Origin: Dehalococcoidia bacterium
GTDB lineage: Bacteria; Chloroflexota; Dehalococcoidia; DSTF01; JACRBR01
NCBI GenBank assembly: GCA_041494685.1
Contig: JBGQBE010000018.1
Coordinates: 1 to 54,063 of the forward strand
Length of the DNA: 54,063 nt
Direction: 5' to 3'
Shown here: one piece after another, positions 49,001-54,063 of the stretch
How positions within the stretch are numbered: the stretch's first letter is position 1
Layout: the number at the start of each line of letters is the position of its first letter
The notes under the pieces: model-generated
What the model saw: the letters and a program-made list of their open reading frames with translations, nothing else
Told to the model about the DNA's origin: nothing
Databases searched by the model: none
Made by a program: the position numbers and the translations under genes

Positions 49001-50482
49001 GATGACTCAGAGTTGATCTACCTTCTCTACCTTTGGAGAACGATGGGCTCGGAGTTGAGCCGCGAGACTGCGGAGTCGTATCTGTCTTCTGACAACGCAC
49101 AAGTGCGTTGGGCGGCGCGGCAAGCCCTCATGGCCAGCGGAGATCCGCGAGAGTTGGTCGGGCTCTGTGAACGCTGGCTGAGTGGCCTCACGGGTCCGAC
49201 ATCAGACGACGTCAGAAGAAGTGAGCGGTTAGGCATCGCTGGGGTCACAATCAGCGCGGCCCGACAATTCGCTCAAGAAGATCTGCGTAACACGGCAAGG
49301 AATCGACTCCTTCAACAGACCCGCAGCCCCGCACTCGCCGAAGACGACTTGATACACGCAAGCGTCGCGGCCTTGGCCGATGACTATTCTGGGTTGTACC
49401 GGCGGGTGCTTGACTCCTTGGTCGAGCCCGGCCCAGCAACGCGCCTGCAGGATGTGATCGAACTGCTCCTCGACGTGGAGCGTGAAGAGGTGTCAAACGC
49501 GATAGCGGGGGCGCTCGCGAGAATCCAGCGTGCGAATTGGCAGAGTAGACGTGAGATTCTCAACTTCAGGTTCGTCGAACGGGTGCGCAGTTCGTCGCTC
49601 TTCGATCGCATCGCTTCATCGTTGCTCATCGAATGCCTCGTCCCGGCCGAATTCAGCTGGGGTCTCGGCAAGGAGGACAACCCCGAATGGTTGGCGCGCG
49701 CTTCTGCATCCTTTCCGATGAGCGAGGACTGGCGCCAAGTGTCGGACACGCTGATGCTGATTGCGGGTCGAGAGGCGCAGGACCTGCTCTCTAGGGCGGT
49801 GCTCGGTGCGATGTTGCGACGGCTCGAACGCGCGGAGATTGAACGGGTTCTTCTTGAAGAACTCGCCGATCTCCTTCGAGCACAGGGCGACGAAGCCTCG
49901 GGGCCACGAGTCTTGCCGCTACTACGTCCAGATATCTTGCGCGAACTCCTGCGCACCACTCCCGAGGCTACGTTGCACCTCTTAATCGACTGTCTGGCAG
50001 GTTGTCTTTCCGAAGATACCCTTGAACGCGTGCGCTATCTTCGTGGTCGGTGGTTCACCTTAGGGAGCCTACTAGAAGCCCCAAGGATCGACGTCGCGCT
50101 ACGCGCGTGGGAACGCGTGACACTATCAATCATCGATACTATCGTGGAGCTCAACCTGAAGCCGTTCTCTGTCGGAATACGTCACTGTCTCAAAGTACCG
50201 ATCAATCGTGTCCGTTGCGCCGCGACGATGGCGGTCGCAGCCCTCGAAGGCGAAGATGCGCTCGAACTGCTCGAGGGACTCATCGAATTCGCAGTTGGCC
50301 TTGATGATCAGGAATCAAGAACGCTAAGTGGTTTCGAGTTTCGTGAGCTGGGACGGACGGCAGTCAAAGCCTTGGCGGAGGTCGGACCATCAGCCTTGGC
50401 ATTGGTTTCGAGGAAAGACGTGCAGGCTTTTGCTCCGACCGAGGCAAAGCGAGTCCTCACCGTGCTCCACACTGACGTGTGA
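46070..50482 (+). CDS. NACHT/STAND NTPase with a putative N-terminal HEPN and C-terminal HEAT-like repeats
   Basis: VLLGESGIGKS, IIVLDDLD, FAHSRLQTYLAG winged-helix motif; N-terminal AVEDAGK and RNWVQH; VRWAARQAL and VRCAATMAV HEAT-like helices. Confidence 0.8.
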   Translation: MINNFEAAARDWKAAVDHMVAADAWLAIGEESTATWHVDRAFLHAIVAVEDAGKKDSRIGSSTPGRGAGSAHPIIESVIAGWPAVEQNSDRGTLLRLSRHWRNWVQHERNGATLDDFVRRKASPLPASWQAVITRIVEAENDKREYVRLARESLRQVRLALIAITDCEPSTLVEFESPLAGLGAMLTAPSTKFQYATGLALDESLTRGLQLDDLIAINFTDDQGLSIGRLTQGLHLLDLVQPALNRRTVLLGESGIGKSIATAVLAKEMVRAALSSTGRLQLSGDCAAGTSRIEIDDPSSLGPGDVIVIDPLGAASEEVRVAETESDGSFVLAEPLAVDHFAGDVVVRDRGIPLIVDVSSWSSSPSQQSGQAPESEEVRALLRAIHRLGLERALTRYRSWNEPLLAIDVLRLLLGARWIIVLDDLDQALRDPAKRDGVLQDISALDLLQARNPELSILIVAQSREWDLRASSLQEILAPRTIRVSQVAEVDVSDTLGPQTYSSLSAQIRSDCRNTYILSIVAELSRLSTPAAKVSTLLYREFVDHRLRRAGIPTREKWIAGVSELALELEGSVAFRFTRQELEHVLATSGLADEYFGDQDRLYQDSLRSGVIVERDGGELSFAHSRLQTYLAGTRLGSLFDADFDAAGTMVAARGELLLDCLPAACAASRRPGRILKHARQHPPLPTNIILAAMFKVTRIQEPDDADLAELLADTLRMLIVTTEPEIREIELRLLSDEFGAEELLAECQKLFAFPRALTVPDPQVELFREDAVYDYRHAFSVMASMAEPGLAVEVHNAVIRTSPFHGVPTESDAQFMPKELAQGAIVFDYGALRSMQDVGHRALEACGEVILDRIYESSTEENGSAAWFFWTALSALLRAYPSGARRLLEDAASGSLWSFRRARKWSSPGPTAAAGIVMEACAAHSEQVLAVIPRWLASNGGLRVVALLVLVRLVDADKLPATTDLTEAITGALVGADDSELIYLLYLWRTMGSELSRETAESYLSSDNAQVRWAARQALMASGDPRELVGLCERWLSGLTGPTSDDVRRSERLGIAGVTISAARQFAQEDLRNTARNRLLQQTRSPALAEDDLIHASVAALADDYSGLYRRVLDSLVEPGPATRLQDVIELLLDVEREEVSNAIAGALARIQRANWQSRREILNFRFVERVRSSSLFDRIASSLLIECLVPAEFSWGLGKEDNPEWLARASASFPMSEDWRQVSDTLMLIAGREAQDLLSRAVLGAMLRRLERAEIERVLLEELADLLRAQGDEASGPRVLPLLRPDILRELLRTTPEATLHLLIDCLAGCLSEDTLERVRYLRGRWFTLGSLLEAPRIDVALRAWERVTLSIIDTIVELNLKPFSVGIRHCLKVPINRVRCAATMAVAALEGEDALELLEGLIEFAVGLDDQESRTLSGFEFRELGRTAVKALAEVGPSALALVSRKDVQAFAPTEAKRVLTVLHTDV

Positions 50483-50589
50483 GATCTCACCTTTGTTCAC
50501 GCTACCGAAACGCCTGAGTATCTGAGGTGCCGGAAGGCGAGGTCTCGATGCCTAGCAGGCTAGACCACCGGACTATGCTCAGGGTTCGA

Positions 50590-51447
50590 TCAAGACTTTT
50601 CCCAGTCACGCACTTCCTTGGCGGCGTCGCGCTTCTCTGCCCAGCGATGATCGAATTCTTCGTTGATCGCCTCGAGGAGTCTCTCAACCAATGCAAACAG
50701 GTCGCCAGAAACCTCATGAAAGTCCGCAGCAATTTCGGCCACCACAGATTGATGAGCCTCTACTAGATTGAATCCGACGTTGTGACCACCGTCCTGGTCC
50801 ATCCGTCCAGACTTTGGTGGAGGCGTTGGTTCGAACATAGCGGCCAGTTTGTAGAACACATCCATATCTCCGTGTAGGGCCGCTTCTTCTCCCCGATGCA
50901 GGTGGCGGTCGCGCTCGTCGCGTAACTGCGAGCCAACGTTCGCAATCGCGGTTATGATTTCTTTGATCGCCTGATCGTCGACTACATCCTCAATCGTCTT
51001 GAGGGTGACTCTGCGAGGTTCCAGCCGCAGTTCGTAGATTTCTGCCACCAGCAGAAAGGCACAGTCTCGAACTGAGGTTACGCGGCCCAAGATCGCGTCC
51101 TTCACAATTCGGACCCATTCGTAACGCGAGATGGATCCCGCCGGGGTCGTGATGGGAAGGTCCGCCATCGAGAGCATCTTGTCAACGAGTCTCAGCGAGT
51201 GGAATCGATCCACGAGGCGGAGTAATCGGTACTCGACATCCACTACGTAGGCGCGATGGGGATAGTCTCTTTCAAAATCAGAAGGGGAAAGCTCTGCATC
51301 CCACAGATGGATAGGCTGAGCCATTTCGATGACCTGGCAGACCAAGTCGTTGTCCTCTAGGTCGAAGGGTATCGACGAACCCACTTCGCTATCATCACCG
51401 ATTCCGCCGGAGCTGTGCGAGATCGAACCGTTGACTTCTTTAGACAT
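50590..51447 (-). CDS. Cthe_2314-like HEPN domain protein
   Basis: Helical protein with RVTSVRD and an RxxxxH motif (RDRHLH). Confidence 0.6.
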   Translation of the reverse strand: MSKEVNGSISHSSGGIGDDSEVGSSIPFDLEDNDLVCQVIEMAQPIHLWDAELSPSDFERDYPHRAYVVDVEYRLLRLVDRFHSLRLVDKMLSMADLPITTPAGSISRYEWVRIVKDAILGRVTSVRDCAFLLVAEIYELRLEPRRVTLKTIEDVVDDQAIKEIITAIANVGSQLRDERDRHLHRGEEAALHGDMDVFYKLAAMFEPTPPPKSGRMDQDGGHNVGFNLVEAHQSVVAEIAADFHEVSGDLFALVERLLEAINEEFDHRWAEKRDAAKEVRDWEKS

Positions 51448-51818
51448 AGTGTTGACGGCGCCCGTGAGTGACTTTGCCGGGAGCGTTCACCGGAACGCCT
51501 CGTCGTGTTGCAAGTAGAACCGTTCGAGGATGTCCATAATCAAGTCTGAGGGATCTTCGCCTCGCTCCTTGATGGATAGCATCTCAACAGCTGGCCGTGG
51601 AGCTCATGGCGAGGCTTGCGCAACTTCTAATGAATTCGCCGGCCGCGTTTCCACTCAACTTCTAGCGGCAACCTATGGCAGACCGCGTTCATGTTACCGG
51701 TTCTATCAGATCTCAGAACTCCTCGGGCGGGGCGAATCCGAAGGAGTCCATGTGCGTTAGATGAATCCCCTACAGATTAACCCGCTCAGTCTGACATTGA
51801 AGGGATCGCCGGTGAGAG

Positions 51819-52394
51819 TCACTTCTTCCACGCGTCAGGCCAGTCCTCCAACTCGCAGCAGTCAACGATCAAGGTCTCCTCGCCGCTGTGAGATTTCCTG
51901 CGGTGCCCGTTAGCGAGCCATGCTAGCGTCTCGAACTTCTTCATATGGCCCGGCTGCCTCCGTCGCCGGCGCTCGCGCATTAAGTGATTGCCAAGCCGAT
52001 TCCATGCCACGACGAGCGGACGAGAATAGAAGTCGAGCAGGAATTCAAGAGGGACAGTCCCGTGCTTCACGAGAAGGCCAACTTGATCGTAGGCCCGCGC
52101 AAGGTCGTCGAGCGTCTCGCGGTCCTTGCGGCACAGCCTCTTGAAGTCATCTGCCGACGCGCCGGCGGCCAATCGTCGCTCCACCAAGTGTCTTGCACTG
52201 CGGTACGGTTCCAACAGGCTCAGAATCGCCGTGAATACGTCAAAGCGCGCCGCCCTCTCGGACGATTTGAGTGATTGGATCGCCACGACGATTGAAAGGG
52301 CGGCCAGAAGAGTGAAGAGGGCGGCCGCGGCGGAGCCGGCGTCCCCGGCTCGGCTCCAGGCGTCGAGAAGCGGCTGCGCGATCAACTCTCGCAC
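51819..52394 (-). CDS. DUF4760-like membrane-anchored protein
   Basis: N-terminal TM; YDQVGLLVKHG...W..L...R...FETLA pattern; start uncertain. Confidence 0.6.
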   Translation of the reverse strand: MRELIAQPLLDAWSRAGDAGSAAAALFTLLAALSIVVAIQSLKSSERAARFDVFTAILSLLEPYRSARHLVERRLAAGASADDFKRLCRKDRETLDDLARAYDQVGLLVKHGTVPLEFLLDFYSRPLVVAWNRLGNHLMRERRRRRQPGHMKKFETLAWLANGHRRKSHSGEETLIVDCCELEDWPDAWKK

Positions 52395-52582
52395 CCAAGT
52401 CCGCTGTGATCGCCGTCGAAGCCGTGCGGGTGCATGCGGGTGTGGACGCCATCGGCGCATGCGAACGTGTGGCCATCGATCACACCATCGACGGTGCAGG
52501 ACGACGCTGCTCCGCTGGCCGGCGCGATGAGCATCGCGCGTAGGCCGAACGCGCACGCGAAGACGACCAGCGCACGAGCCAT
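52382..52582 (-). pseudogene. Truncated thermonuclease (SNase)-like remnant
   Basis: Signal-like N-terminus, then CTVDGVIDGHTF (cf. VIDGDT), ending prematurely; AGGGAG RBS. Confidence 0.45.
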
Positions 52583-52813
52583 GTGCTCCCTTCCCTAGGC
52601 GGCGATCCTAACACCACGCGATGAGAGAGATCAACAGGTACCGAGCGACATAGCGACCCGAGGTAGTCTCAGTCCGTCGCCTCTGTCAGGCAAGATTGGT
52701 GGCGTAGCATCCCTGATGTAGCGCTCGCGAGGCGCAGAACCGATGCCGCCAGAGAGCGACTTCGTAAGCGCGTCCGTCGTGGCATACTCGAATTGTCCAG
52801 CGCCATCTGCCCC

Positions 52814-53934
52814 TCACGCGAAGCTCGCGAACCCAACGGTCGTCGCGTCATACAGCATCCTCGTCACCTTCGCCGCGGTCCTCGGAAGCACGAGGCGATC
52901 GTTAGAACCTTTGGCCCCGTCAAGAACGCTCTGAACGGTGCATTGACTGGCATCAAGCGCCCGTCTTATGCCGTCCTTAGCATCATCGGGGCGGCTCGGG
53001 TCTGCCGCCCACGAGAGCACACGAATCAGCGGATCCGTTAGCTTGGCGCGCGGGCCATGGAACTTCGGCAGCACCTTCATCAAGACCGCAGCATCGAATG
53101 CGCCGACCACAACGCTCTGCCCGTCGTACACAAAGCCATCCGCAAGGGGCGACTCCAGCGCGAACCCGATGAACCGCATGCTCTCATCGCGCACGCGGTA
53201 TGCGAAATGCATGCCATACGGTTCGAGACGCGAGTTCAGCGCCTCCAGCCAGGCCAGGAGATTGACCTCTCCGAGCGCTCGCGATCGAGCCCGGCTTCGC
53301 TCGGCCTCCGACGCGCCGTTCAATAGGGCTTCGAGCAGATTCCGAACCGACTCGGTGCTGGGCGCCGCACCATCCGTGGTCAAGCTCCTGAGGTTGACGT
53401 CGTTGAATTCGATGGAAAATGCCCTGTCGAGGACCTTCGGACTGAACGCGTGCGTGGTCTCGTCCGTGTTCACCGTTCCCACGACGAGCAGGCGTGGGGG
53501 TATCGGCACGGCTGGCGGGATGAGGGCGACGCCGTCCTCCCCTTCCGGCCCGTCAGATACCGCCATCCTTTCACCGTGGAGAGGAATCATCTGGCGAGTG
53601 AATCCCGCCCGTCGCGATCGCTCTCGAGCACGCTCAAGAACTCGGCGAAGTAATACTCAACACGGGCAAGGTTCATCTCATCCAGAATGAGGAAGCGCGG
53701 CGCAACTAGGTTCGGCTCTGCGGAGCTTTCTCCGTCGCCGGGAGAACCTTCTTCGGACGAAGTTCCTTCGAGCTGTTCAAAGATGAGCCACGGTGCAATG
53801 GCGCGCTGGAATCGATCCAGGTCGGCGAGCTGTTGGTCGACGTAAGTGCGTAGGAACCTGAACGCGTCGTCGACGACCGTGAAGTCATTCGCCGCGCACG
53901 CGCGAGCGAAATCGGCGTCACCGTCGTATCCCAG
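52814..53934 (-). pseudogene. mcrB: McrB-family AAA GTPase, IS-interrupted and frameshifted
   Basis: FLILDEMNLARVEYYFAEFLSVLES in one frame; GTVNTDETT...SPKVLDRA...KVLPK in another (shift near 53600); cut at 53935 by an IS end. Confidence 0.85.
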
Positions 53935-54063
53935 TGACCTGCCCCCCGAATTCTTCCATTCAGTGTGAGAAAATCGCTGGCCTCGTTCCTTCTCCAGGCC
54001 GGGCGGCCGCAGCCGCCCGAAACTCCTCCGGCGTGCGGTCGTCCAGCGAGCTGTGGGGACGCA
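53935..54063 (-). mobile_element. End of an IS3-family insertion sequence with the transposase C-terminus
   Basis: Terminal TGACCTGCCCCCCG at 53935; minus frame PHSSLDDRTPEEF...* (stop 53960-53962) matches the IS3 RPHSSL...TP motif. Confidence 0.85.

Larger units (their letters stand above)
37583..54063. mobile_element. tRNA-Gly-integrated genomic island (continues beyond the window)
   Basis: Bounded by the tRNA 3' duplication; phage-type, recombinase, defence and IS genes; the cargo part is visibly more A/T-rich than the host genes. Confidence 0.8.

Noticed and set aside
53590..53615. Programmed frameshift in mcrB
   Set aside because: No slippery run; the gene is also IS-disrupted, so decay or a sequencing error is more likely.
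38421..54063. Complete prophage
   Set aside because: No portal, capsid, tail, lysis or replication genes are visible in the window.

Overview
High-GC bacterial chromosome window; the gene content is reminiscent of Chloroflexota/Dehalococcoidia (inference only). Four blocks: (1) 1-8.2 kb, a type I-C-like CRISPR-Cas locus on the minus strand in the non-canonical order cas5-cas8c-cas7-cas3-cas4-cas1-cas2-leader-array. Four 37-bp repeats are visible, cas8c has a likely internal Cas11 start, and a palindromic operator lies upstream of cas5. (2) 8.4-15.4 kb, ordinary metabolism and transport genes. (3) 15.5-37.3 kb, a copper/redox/fermentation cluster (NarL-type two-component system, cupredoxin, nitrite/sulfite reductase, YHS-fused ABC ATPase, P1B ATPase, TreT-like, ackA, xfp, mgtA) with recurring operator motifs, ending in a patchwork of gene scraps. 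(4) From a duplicated tRNA-Gly 3' half (att site, 37537-37582) to the window end, an integrated element. It carries a capsid-less methylase-ParB-TerS-TerL module, an HhH-glycosylase-like gene divergent from a C-box-controlled controller protein, a tyrosine recombinase, and a RAMA-like/Lys-rich/C2H2 protein. Its defence cargo is a Lit/M48-like HExxH peptidase, a 1470-aa HEPN-like/NACHT/HEAT protein with a foreign beta-domain inserted in its NTPase, a Cthe_2314-like HEPN, a DUF4760-like protein, and an IS3-disrupted mcrB. Strongest novelty candidates: the peptidase plus HEPN-NACHT with an integrated domain, the terminase-only island with its shared TTGACTT-N11/12-AGAG promoter motif, and the controller-glycosylase pair. 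All family assignments come from motifs recognised by eye, not from database searches.
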